A DNA stretch of 64,000 nucleotides, taken from a virus. The first letter of the stretch is position 1. Every line of letters begins with the position of its first letter. Of the stretch, positions 9,611-19,700 are shown piece by piece. The notes under the pieces are model-generated. The model had not been told where the DNA came from. It was given only the letters and a program-made list of their open reading frames with translations, and searched no databases. The stretch spans positions 3,970 through 67,969 of IMG/VR virus record IMGVR_UViG_3300008113_000149, one strand, 5' to 3'. The position numbers and the translations under genes were made by a program.

Positions 9611-10098
9611 AAATTGAAGATGTGATAGCCGCTGCTTGCGAGGAACTTCAAATAAGTTACTCTGAAAATGCCTTATGGTTTAAGGTATTGATCAACCAAG
9701 TGATGAGAACTTTTCGTTCATCTCATGCTACGCACGTGTACGGTGTTATACTCACGGCTGAAGATTCTCGTCTTAAATTACCAGATGGCTACAATAGTCT
9801 AGTAAGCGTTCACTTGTGTCACGGAGGATTGTACTGCGAAGGGTATGATTTCGAAATTCAGAATGATTGTATCATTTTCAAATCTCACTTGGGAGTTGTA
9901 GATGGTTACAAGTTTAATGTACAATATCGTGGCTTTCCTATTGACGAACATGGTGATTTGATTTTAAAGCCAGAATGGGAAAGAATGTTTGTGGCCTACA
10001 TTGGATGGAAGTATTCACGTAGGCATTTTGAAAGGTACGCTCCTGTAATGGATAATTTCAAAAGAGAATATCAGTTACAGAGAGTTGCTAACGTATAA
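9607..10098 (+). CDS. tail ring protein
   Basis: ATGA overlap; contains YRGFPIDEHGDL; lies directly before the muzzle gene. Confidence 0.55.
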   Translation: MKIEDVIAAACEELQISYSENALWFKVLINQVMRTFRSSHATHVYGVILTAEDSRLKLPDGYNSLVSVHLCHGGLYCEGYDFEIQNDCIIFKSHLGVVDGYKFNVQYRGFPIDEHGDLILKPEWERMFVAYIGWKYSRRHFERYAPVMDNFKREYQLQRVANV

Positions 10099-10101
10099 GA
10101 C

Positions 10102-13100
10102 ATGTCACAACTGGTAAAGTTAATTCAGTCGGGAGTAATGGATTCTGATGCCGATCTTCAACTGATTGGGCAAGGAAATTATGTGGAAGGCGTAAACATT
10201 CGCCACAGGGATTTAACAGGAGCCAATGTTGGAGGCATAAGTCCAGTAAAAGGAAACAGTTTTATGTCTCCGTGGGATGGAAATACCATTCCTATTCCTA
10301 CTGATTTGACCAAAACCATTCAAGACAATGCCGCTTCCGTGGCGATATTTCGAATTTACATTACTGTATCGACGGATCCGAATGCTCTTTTTAATGGTAA
10401 TATTTACGTACAAAACTTAAGTAGTGTTTACACAATTTCTTTGAGTGGTTCGGCAAACGTGAGTTTGACAACCTGGAGAAACTCATTGGCATCTGCGCTT
10501 CAAGTATCAATTACTGGGGTAACCAACCCATTTATTATAGGATCAGTTACAACAATTACAAGTACCTACGGCTATTTTGAATTGCGTAAGAACCCAGCGG
10601 CAACCCCATCTCCTGCGTTAGTAGACGATGATTTTTTGTTGTTTGAGGATGGCAATTTAGCCGAAATCGTTCAAAAGTCCGAATTCGTTGATGGAGTAGG
10701 TTCTTTTAAAGTGATTGGAATGGAGAGCGTGGGCAATGATACGTTTATTTGGTCATGCACGCCCGAAATAACAACTGGCACTCCTTCTCGTACTGTGAGT
10801 GAAGTAGGAGTATTGGTATCCAACCCAACGAATGGAACAACGCAATACACGACGTTGATTCAATCTAAACTTTTAGGCTTTAGTCAAAATTATCAGATTC
10901 AAGCCCAAGTTGAAAAAAGAACCAATGAAGTAATTCTTTACTGGACTGACGATTATAACAAACCGCGCACATTAACAGTTCCGTATCCTTACGTGACCAA
11001 TGGTGTACTTATATCAAATGGCGGTAGTATCGACTTTGCCAAAGTAGATCAGCAGTTATCTTATTTTGTAGCCAACCCGAATGCTACAATTTCTGTAACT
11101 GGTATTACAGAAGGAGGAGGTTCATTGACGTGTGGAAACAAAAGATACACTGGGCGTTTCCTAACTGATGATTTGGTTGGTACTGATTACTTGTACCCCA
11201 CCAACCCAATTAATATTTATTCCGCGAAGAAAAGTATTCCTAGTAAAATTCTAGGGGATATCCCGGGGACTCAGACCAATAAAAGTGTTACTGTAAAAAT
11301 CGACAACATCCCGGTAAATGAATATGCTTACTTTGAATTGGTAGCCATTGAGTATGAAGGAGAAACATTTAGTCTAAAAACAGTACAGCGAGTAGCAGTA
11401 GGTTCGAATTCGACGATTGAAATTACTCATAGTAACAATGGGCAAGAAAACCTTCCTTTGGCCCCGTCTGAGTTGTTAGCAATTACTGCAAAGTTCACGC
11501 AAGTAAAAACCTTAAAGATACATTCAAACCGAATGTTCATGTCGAATGTAGTTGAGCAAACAGACATCGATTTGACTGCGTGGGCTCAGACTATCAAACA
11601 TTCTATTGAACAAAAAACAATGGACTCTATATTCCGCAACAACAGAAGCGGGACTACAGATATGACGAAAGCCTATCCGTTGTTTAAATATGGAGAATAC
11701 CTAGACCCATTCAACACCTATGCGAATACCTCTTACATGATCAACGATACATATCGTTTTGGTATTCAAGTTCAATGGAAAGAAACAGGTAAGTGGAGTG
11801 CCCCATACTGGGTGGACGACATTCGTTTTGATACCTTGGCTTACAATGTAACTGATCCTGTGGCTACTCCTGGGTCTTGGAGAAGAACCGCCAATAACAT
11901 CACCACAACTAATTTGGGAGATATTGATAGTAAATTGGTTTACATTTACTACCCTAAGTTTCACAACATCAATTTGAATTATGTTGTTAATGGTGAATAT
12001 TTGTACAAACAAATCAAAGCGTTTAGGTTTGTTCGTAGCAAACGTATTCCCGAAGTTTTGGCTACAGGAATTGCCGTTGCCGCAACGAGAGATGCATCAA
12101 GTGCCACAACAGTAATTCCATTCCATAAAGATTTGGCTGCTGGGTATGCTGTGTTCAATAGTTACCCAAACAATTTTTGTCGAAGATACAGAACAGGAGC
12201 ACCTGTAGAAAACATACAGGTAGGTAATTTGGATAAATCTGAATTTGCATATTTTCATTCGCCCGATTTATACTTCAACAATTTTAATTACACGTTTCTT
12301 GCTGGGGATAAATTGAAGGTATTAAATGTACCATTTTCCTATGATGAATCTTTGTTGCAAGGCCAAGCGGTTGGGGATTTCGAATCAGTATATGAAGATT
12401 TTACTGGCTATTTTTCTTCGTCATTAATAAACTATACTGACTTTACTGTTTCGTACGGTCAGACATTGGATACAGGTGAATTAGTAACGAGTTTTAATGC
12501 TAGTGGCACCGACGTAAAAAATGGAATTAACATACCTAGTTCAGGTACGGTAAATGCTTTTTATAGCAACATGCGTTCTTGTGTGGCATTTCAGTTGTCA
12601 GCAAAACTCTCTACTATTGCAGCGGCGTATCAGCCATTTAGCAAAGAAGGTTTGGTATACGCTCAAATCTTCAGAGATAAAAAAGCCAACTTAAAATACC
12701 CAATCAATAAAAACGAAAGTAACTACGAGTCAACAGGTCATATGACAGTTTTGACAGGTGTAGAAAGAGGGATATTGAATTCTATTTCTGTGTTCGGCGG
12801 CGATGTGTTCAACCAAAAGACTCATATGCAAGTCAGAATGAGTACTTCCAACCCAGAACCAAAGAACGGGTTTGGATTGGGTTACTCTTTCTACTCTCAG
12901 AATGTTTGTAATAGTCAGATGTTCTACGCAATCCCTCACAATTTAGAGGATGCTGGACCGGGGTATATTTTTCCTCAGTATCTTGACAAACAAACCACAG
13001 GGTTTGGTGTTACTTATGGACAAATGCGATATGCATTCTTGGGAGCAGGTTCTTATGAACGTGTATACCAAGGTAGTATCGGGGCAGGATTACTTTATTG

Positions 13101-14535
13101 GCTTGAGTTATGGCCCGAAGTAAGTAACCAAAATAACTACGATTCTCAATACAGTTATATTGATAACACCATTGTAGAATCTGGGTTTGACCCAGACGTT
13201 GCGTACAATGGGGATAAGCCAGCGACTATAATTTGGTCTCAGACTAAAACTGTCAATTCGCGAAAAGACAACTACCGGGTATTTAAACCAATCGATACAG
13301 TTGACTTGAACTTGAATGAAGGTGAAATTATCAACCACGAAATTCTAAATGGTAATTTGTATACTTGGCAACCATATTCTGTAAGGCGGCAGTCAGTAAA
13401 TGAGCCTACCGCTTTACAAGGGGCTAGTAGTTCAAGTGTAATTGTGGGTAGTGGTGGAGTGATGTCGTACCCTGGTTTGCAGTTGTCTAGTTTAGGGGCA
13501 ACAAAAAAGTGGGCTATGGTAAAAGGATCTACGATGAGCGGTGGCGATAGCATGTATTGGTACAATGACCAACTCAGAAAAATCATTCGTTTCGGAGAAA
13601 ATGGTATCCAAGTAATTTCGGATCGTGGCGTAGCATCATTCTTAAACACATCTGCTAATTGGGTCGGAGATAAAGAACAACCAATCACAGGGTATGGTGT
13701 AAACGCAGGCTGGAATGACCGATTTGCTGAAGTGTTATTTACATTTAAATCGGTGACTCCGACAATCGTGCAATACGCAATTTACGATAGTACCCCGGCT
13801 TTAATTAACTATTCGGTTGGAAATTTAGTTGTCAATAATGATTTGGGGGGTGTGTCGTCTGTTTTAAGTAGCACTCCTGCCCCTCGACATATCTCAGGCA
13901 TGAGTTATGTATATCGTTGCAAATTAGCCCACGTAGCGAGTGCTACGCGAGTTCCTGGCACAGGAATATCGTGGACTACTTATTGGGATCAGTTAACTCC
14001 AGAAACAAACCCAAGTTACTATACAATGTTTACTTTGGTTTATGATGAAATCAAAAATGGTTTTATTTCTTTCTTGAGCATGTATCCAAATATTTATGCT
14101 GTTCGCACCAATACTTTCTACACCACAATTCCAAATGCGCAGAATAAGTTATATGTTCAAAATCCAGGTAATTACAATACTTTTTATGGCACTGCATACG
14201 CTGGTAGTATTACTGGGGTTATTAATATTGATCCGAACATGTCAAAGACTTATGAGGCATTGCAGGTCGTTTCTCATACCACGCCAAAAAGATTAGATTT
14301 TACAACCCGAGACCACGTTTCGTTTTTGGTGGACTCAGAATTTGAAGAAAGAGAAGACTACTATTACGCTCCAGTAAAGAATGATTCAACAATCTCTGGG
14401 GTAAATAGTTCAGATACTAGTAGACTATGGGGCAGATATCTCAAAATTAAGTTTACATTTGAGGGAAATGTATTTCAGAAACTCATTGATTATGTGGTGA
14501 AGTTCCGCCCAAATCATAGGTTGTATAATAAGTAA
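10102..14535 (+). CDS. tail muzzle / stabilization protein (P22 gp10-like, crAss muzzle)
   Basis: 1477 aa. N-terminal GVMDSDAD...NIR, LYWTDDYNKPR, YMINDTYRFGI, and C-terminal EEREDYYYA...RLWGRYLKIKF. Confidence 0.75.
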   Translation: MSQLVKLIQSGVMDSDADLQLIGQGNYVEGVNIRHRDLTGANVGGISPVKGNSFMSPWDGNTIPIPTDLTKTIQDNAASVAIFRIYITVSTDPNALFNGNIYVQNLSSVYTISLSGSANVSLTTWRNSLASALQVSITGVTNPFIIGSVTTITSTYGYFELRKNPAATPSPALVDDDFLLFEDGNLAEIVQKSEFVDGVGSFKVIGMESVGNDTFIWSCTPEITTGTPSRTVSEVGVLVSNPTNGTTQYTTLIQSKLLGFSQNYQIQAQVEKRTNEVILYWTDDYNKPRTLTVPYPYVTNGVLISNGGSIDFAKVDQQLSYFVANPNATISVTGITEGGGSLTCGNKRYTGRFLTDDLVGTDYLYPTNPINIYSAKKSIPSKILGDIPGTQTNKSVTVKIDNIPVNEYAYFELVAIEYEGETFSLKTVQRVAVGSNSTIEITHSNNGQENLPLAPSELLAITAKFTQVKTLKIHSNRMFMSNVVEQTDIDLTAWAQTIKHSIEQKTMDSIFRNNRSGTTDMTKAYPLFKYGEYLDPFNTYANTSYMINDTYRFGIQVQWKETGKWSAPYWVDDIRFDTLAYNVTDPVATPGSWRRTANNITTTNLGDIDSKLVYIYYPKFHNINLNYVVNGEYLYKQIKAFRFVRSKRIPEVLATGIAVAATRDASSATTVIPFHKDLAAGYAVFNSYPNNFCRRYRTGAPVENIQVGNLDKSEFAYFHSPDLYFNNFNYTFLAGDKLKVLNVPFSYDESLLQGQAVGDFESVYEDFTGYFSSSLINYTDFTVSYGQTLDTGELVTSFNASGTDVKNGINIPSSGTVNAFYSNMRSCVAFQLSAKLSTIAAAYQPFSKEGLVYAQIFRDKKANLKYPINKNESNYESTGHMTVLTGVERGILNSISVFGGDVFNQKTHMQVRMSTSNPEPKNGFGLGYSFYSQNVCNSQMFYAIPHNLEDAGPGYIFPQYLDKQTTGFGVTYGQMRYAFLGAGSYERVYQGSIGAGLLYWLELWPEVSNQNNYDSQYSYIDNTIVESGFDPDVAYNGDKPATIIWSQTKTVNSRKDNYRVFKPIDTVDLNLNEGEIINHEILNGNLYTWQPYSVRRQSVNEPTALQGASSSSVIVGSGGVMSYPGLQLSSLGATKKWAMVKGSTMSGGDSMYWYNDQLRKIIRFGENGIQVISDRGVASFLNTSANWVGDKEQPITGYGVNAGWNDRFAEVLFTFKSVTPTIVQYAIYDSTPALINYSVGNLVVNNDLGGVSSVLSSTPAPRHISGMSYVYRCKLAHVASATRVPGTGISWTTYWDQLTPETNPSYYTMFTLVYDEIKNGFISFLSMYPNIYAVRTNTFYTTIPNAQNKLYVQNPGNYNTFYGTAYAGSITGVINIDPNMSKTYEALQVVSHTTPKRLDFTTRDHVSFLVDSEFEEREDYYYAPVKNDSTISGVNSSDTSRLWGRYLKIKFTFEGNVFQKLIDYVVKFRPNHRLYNK

Positions 14536-14556
14536 TTAAAACATAAATTTGTAAAC

Positions 14557-15183
14557 ATGCCAAACCAAGAATCACCAGATCAAATTGCCGCGCGAATTGC
14601 TTCAATGAGTTTACCGACAGGAGGGGCAAGTGGAGAGACAACGTCGTTAGGTGGTGGCCCAATAGGAATGCTTGGGGGAATTGTTCAGATGGCAGTTGGA
14701 CTAAACCAAGCCAAAAAAGCAAAAAAACTACCCTTTCCACAGTACACTGAGGGAATGAAATATGCTTTGCAAACTCAACAACTTGCAAAACAAAACATGC
14801 AAGTTGGATTGGGATCAGAAAGAATTGCTGGTATGAACCAAGCACTTGCCACTCAAAACGCACTGGCTTATCGAAACATTGCTGAAAATTCACCTCAAGG
14901 AGCAAGTTACTTTGGTCGTGTTGCAGCAATGGATAGAAACACAGGGCAACAAAACATTGCGGCCCAAGATTTGGCATATCGTACACAACAACAAGATCGT
15001 TTTGCCCAGGCTAATACTGCTTTGACAGCAATACAACAACGTTCAATTGAGGCACAAAGATCCTACAAGATGATGGCTCAACAAGCGGCTGGAGCAGCAA
15101 TTAAACAGGGAAGTGAAAACTTTATGAAAGGTGCTGAAGGAACAGCACAAATGGGAATGCAGGCCCTAAAAATGTTAGTATAA
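14557..15183 (+). CDS. internal virion / ejection (cargo) protein
   Basis: G/A/Q-rich helical protein with a hydrophobic GGPIGMLGGIV segment, directly after the muzzle gene. Confidence 0.6.
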   Translation: MPNQESPDQIAARIASMSLPTGGASGETTSLGGGPIGMLGGIVQMAVGLNQAKKAKKLPFPQYTEGMKYALQTQQLAKQNMQVGLGSERIAGMNQALATQNALAYRNIAENSPQGASYFGRVAAMDRNTGQQNIAAQDLAYRTQQQDRFAQANTALTAIQQRSIEAQRSYKMMAQQAAGAAIKQGSENFMKGAEGTAQMGMQALKMLV

Positions 15184-15184
15184 G

Positions 15185-16714
15185 ATGGCAGAATTTAATT
15201 TAGCAGCGGCCATTGGGGCCACAGGGGAAACGCCCAACTACGAGAAAATGCTAAGCAATTGGCAGAAATCTCGCGTGCCTCAAGGTCCAGACGCTGCTGA
15301 TAAAGCCCATTTGAGAGACTTGTACAAAATGGTAACGATTGATAAGACTGCTTATCACCCAGTATACCAACAACAAATTGTAAAGGCCACCGCAGATTTT
15401 TACGATACTTATCGTAACGCCAGAGCAAGTAACGCGGACGATGTAGTTGAACAAGTGCAATCGGCATTTGAAAAGTGGAATCAAATTGCTGACAATGCTA
15501 AACTAAAAAGTCCAGATTTATTTGCGTTACAAAAGAAAGCAGAAGGTGGAGCAAAAGCAGGGCTATTTGTTTCTCCGAGTGAAAAATTTGCCGCTCAAAT
15601 CTTAACTAAATCAAATAGCCCAGAAGCGTTTTACGAAAACTTACTGTTAAACAAAGATGCGTTGGAAGATGGGTACTTTAATTTTGACCCTCAGAATCAA
15701 ACCATTTTGACTCCGACTCACCCAATTATTGATTACGATAGAGAATTGAAGTCTATTTTATCGTCTAAAAAATTGACAATTGGGGAGCAACAGATCAAAT
15801 CTCCAGATGGCAAAACTATTACTACCCAGTCAGTACAAGGATTGCCATTGGACAGGGAAGATGCTCGTAAACTAAGGAATTACTATTTGGACAAAACGGG
15901 CGAAGATCCAGGGGAGGAATATAAATTGAATGCTTACGATGTTGGAAAAGAATCTTATTGGACTACAGATCCAATGATTAAACAACAATTTAGAGCAACC
16001 CACCCAGAGTTTAAGACATTGAGTGATGATGCGTTGTATAATGAATTTTATAAGCAACACGTAATTCCAAACACGCCAATGGTGGAAAAAAGTGCTACCT
16101 TGTATACGGGTCCTCGAACTAGTGTTTATGTAAATAATGCTTTGACCGATGAGCCAGGTACATTCCAAGGTAGTGCCACAACATTTACTTACGCTAACGG
16201 TAAAACTATCAACAGTAAACGCACCACGGCATTGTCAAAAGATGCGGAGGGGGTTGCTGTACAATGGGCAGCCAATCAATACGCAGTAGATAAAGCCACA
16301 GGATTGCCAGCATTTGATACAAATGATACTGGTAATTACAATTTCAAAATTGCTAATGTAATGGTTCTGCCCTGTATTAAGGCAAAAGATGCCAGCGGAA
16401 GAATCTATTGGAAACCTTTGGATGCAACATCGGAGGCAGAAGTGCAAGCCAATGGTGAATTGGCAAAGGGCTTACGATACTTGCCATTTGCTGAGGCCAC
16501 AATCCAAGAATTGAATATTTCTGCATTGCCTACCGTAGGAGGAAAGAACATCTTGATGCCTCTGTATGAAGACGGAGTTGTCAAAAAAGTAACTGATAGC
16601 AATGACCAAGGTTCTGCATTGTTGGGTGCTTTATTTACCAACAGAAAACTAAACGATAAAGAAAGTGCAAACTGGCGTTTAGAGTGGAAAAGAATGGCTA
16701 AACTCTTCAAGTAA
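15185..16714 (+). CDS. internal virion / ejection (cargo) protein
   Basis: 509 aa, between the small cargo gene and the giant protein. Confidence 0.5.
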   Translation: MAEFNLAAAIGATGETPNYEKMLSNWQKSRVPQGPDAADKAHLRDLYKMVTIDKTAYHPVYQQQIVKATADFYDTYRNARASNADDVVEQVQSAFEKWNQIADNAKLKSPDLFALQKKAEGGAKAGLFVSPSEKFAAQILTKSNSPEAFYENLLLNKDALEDGYFNFDPQNQTILTPTHPIIDYDRELKSILSSKKLTIGEQQIKSPDGKTITTQSVQGLPLDREDARKLRNYYLDKTGEDPGEEYKLNAYDVGKESYWTTDPMIKQQFRATHPEFKTLSDDALYNEFYKQHVIPNTPMVEKSATLYTGPRTSVYVNNALTDEPGTFQGSATTFTYANGKTINSKRTTALSKDAEGVAVQWAANQYAVDKATGLPAFDTNDTGNYNFKIANVMVLPCIKAKDASGRIYWKPLDATSEAEVQANGELAKGLRYLPFAEATIQELNISALPTVGGKNILMPLYEDGVVKKVTDSNDQGSALLGALFTNRKLNDKESANWRLEWKRMAKLFK

Positions 16715-16766
16715 TTGGGTTAAAGTTATTCGTTTAAATCTTATCTAGGTTTATTATATTTGTAAT

Positions 16767-19700
16767 ATGCCTGAAGATAAGAAACCAACTCCTTCTGCCC
16801 AAACACCAAAGCCTAAAATCGGTCCATTAGGCAAGGGTCCAGAAGATCCAAATATGGTTCAGCCCCCTAAACAAGGTTTTGTTAGTGCTCCAACTGTTAA
16901 AAAACCAATCGGTAAAGAGGGAATAAAAGTAATTAACAAAGCAGCTGCTCAAGTAAGTCAAGACTTTGGTCCAATGACGAAAGTAGATGACTTAGAACAG
17001 TTACAGGCAACCCGTGAAAAGGAAATTGAGTTGGCCAAAGAGCAAGGTTACAATATTCAAAACCTATTTAACACATCAAAAAACAATTTCGGTAAAGTAA
17101 GAATTGGCAATGAGGATATCGCAAGTCCAGCTGATTTATTAATTGCTTTAGAAGATAGAAATAAAAAAGAATTATTTTACTTTGATAACCGCAATAATCT
17201 TGTAAATAACTTTAATATTTACACGCTTGATGATTTAGACGCAAAAGTATCTGGGGGATTGACCACAACGGAAAAAAGCAATTTAAAGCCACTCCCAGAA
17301 AAAACAATCTTTGATTATACAGAAGTAAAGGCTCCAGGTTTTGGACAGCCGGGGTATCGTCCACAGACTGATCCAATGGCAGGCAGTCAACTGGACCCAC
17401 AGAATAAGTTTGAATTGGGCCAAAAAAATTACAGCGCGATTCAGACATTTAAAAAAGTGGTTGCAAATGGTTTGAATATAACGGCAGATGGCACCAAGTT
17501 AAACTCATATCAAGACTACTTTACTTACTTGGCAGACCCTCAGCATCGTGATGCATATGGTCGTAAGTACAACAAACAATTATCAAACTCTGAGTTAGAA
17601 TCTGCAAGCAAAATTCTTAAGGACAGCCAGATATTACTTGACTCTGCTTCAACCGTAGCATTGGATGCCAAAAAAGAGCAACTAGTAAACGATATCCGTA
17701 TTAATACCGCGGATGATCACATATCAACTACGTTGTTAGGAAAGACGGCTACAGTTTATGATGAGGACGTAGAGAACCCAAAGAGTATACCACAACTTAC
17801 CGAAGATGATTTAGGTCGTTTGATTTGGGAGCATGAAAACGGAAACGAGATTACATTAAGCGTTGTTAACAACGATAAGAATTTACGCGGCAAAACTGAG
17901 TATACATACAAAGATTTAACGAATTACTTTTCTAAAGTAGGGTTAACTTCAGATGAAATTGATACGCGGTTTGCTCAGTACAAGCAAAATTACATTTACA
18001 ATCAAGCCAATGGAAATCTTGAAACTAAACGTAAGCAAGCAGGTTTCTTTAAAAATGAAAACGGGCAACTGATTTCAAGATACGATCAAACAAAAGAACA
18101 ACGCGCTCGTACTGAGATGTCCGATGTCGACAATCAGATTGCAGATTTGTATGATGAGTTAAGGGGCATTTATGAATCTCGTAGGGCTGGGGCGTCAGAA
18201 ATCGATAAGAAAGCCTATGGCCCAACGATTAGCAAGTCTATGTTTGCTAGTACCCCGACATTAGGATTGGATGGACAGCAAATCAAACGTATCAACGCGA
18301 TTAATTCTTCGATCGCCAAATTAAAGCAACAGGCTGGATACAATGCTCCCGAATTCTTTGATCCTAGTGGCAAAAGAATCGATCAGCCAGAGCAGTTACA
18401 AAAAGTAACTCAGACATATAATCAAACTCTCGAAGAAGATAAAACAAGTGATATTGTATTTTTAAAGCAGAAGAGAAATGTTTTGTATGAGCAACTCGAT
18501 GCATTAAAGGAGAAGATTGATAAAGTCAAAAGTGTTACTAGTAAAGTAGAAGTAACGGCACCAGAAGGATTTGAATCAGATAATACGGCTTATTTTGTTA
18601 AGTTGTATCAATCATTTACAGGAGTACTTGGTCAACTAGGCCAACCACAATCTCAAGGTCAACTAAACAATCAAGCGTACTTAGGTAAAATGCTTGACCA
18701 ATATGGTGAGTTGAGTGCGCGAATTAAAGCAGTCAACAAATTAATCTACACCAATACCGATTTAACTAAGCAAGCGGAAGATGGTTGGGTTAAAACATTT
18801 GGTAAAACAGCAGTAAAACAAGTTGCTGAAACATTTACCGGGGATGTTTACAACACAGTAAACGATGAAATCGAACAGACTGCTAATTTCTTAAGTGAAA
18901 ATGGGTACTATGTAAGCCCCGATATAAAAGAAAAGTTAACTACAATCTACGAAAACAAAACAATCGGAGAAGGCTTTTTGGAGTCATTGAAGATTGGTAT
19001 TGAAATGAGTGGTTATTCGCGTGGTGGTGCAGCGGAGTTGAAGAATATTTTCACTGGCCAAAAGGCATTGGTCTTGCGTTCTTATATGATGAGCCGTTAT
19101 GGACAACCTGGTGCCGCGGCATTTAACTTGATGGAAAGTGCCGTAGTAAAATACGGGGTGCCCATCTTTTCTTGGGAAGCAGCGGGTCAATCTGGTAGTG
19201 GTGCGGTGGCAGAACAAGTTGGAACGCAGATATATGACAAATTAACGGGCGTTATGAAGTTCGGGCAGTTGATCCCATCAAACATCTTTGGGCGTTTGAT
19301 GTATACTGCTGGGCGTACTCTTTTTGGTACGGGGGGTCAGATGACAGAGGAAACTTTCTCTAACACCTGGGCAGTAATGCAAGAAAATGGTTTCGATATC
19401 ATTGATGCAACCAAGAGAGCCTACGGTGATACAGAAGACGAACGCTTATTGAATTTACGTGCTACTGCAACTTTGTGTTTCACAATGTCAGCATTGAATC
19501 TAGAGAATGTAGATTTGGTATTGAAAACAGCACAGAACTTTGAGGCACATTTGAATTCATTAAGCACACCTCCAAGTGCAGTAGATACTGAAATCTTACG
19601 TATGCTTAACGAAACAATTAAGCATAGCGGATGGGATGAAACCAAAACGCCACAAGTAGTACAGGCCGCTGGAACTACAATGTCTGGCGATGTTCCTGTA

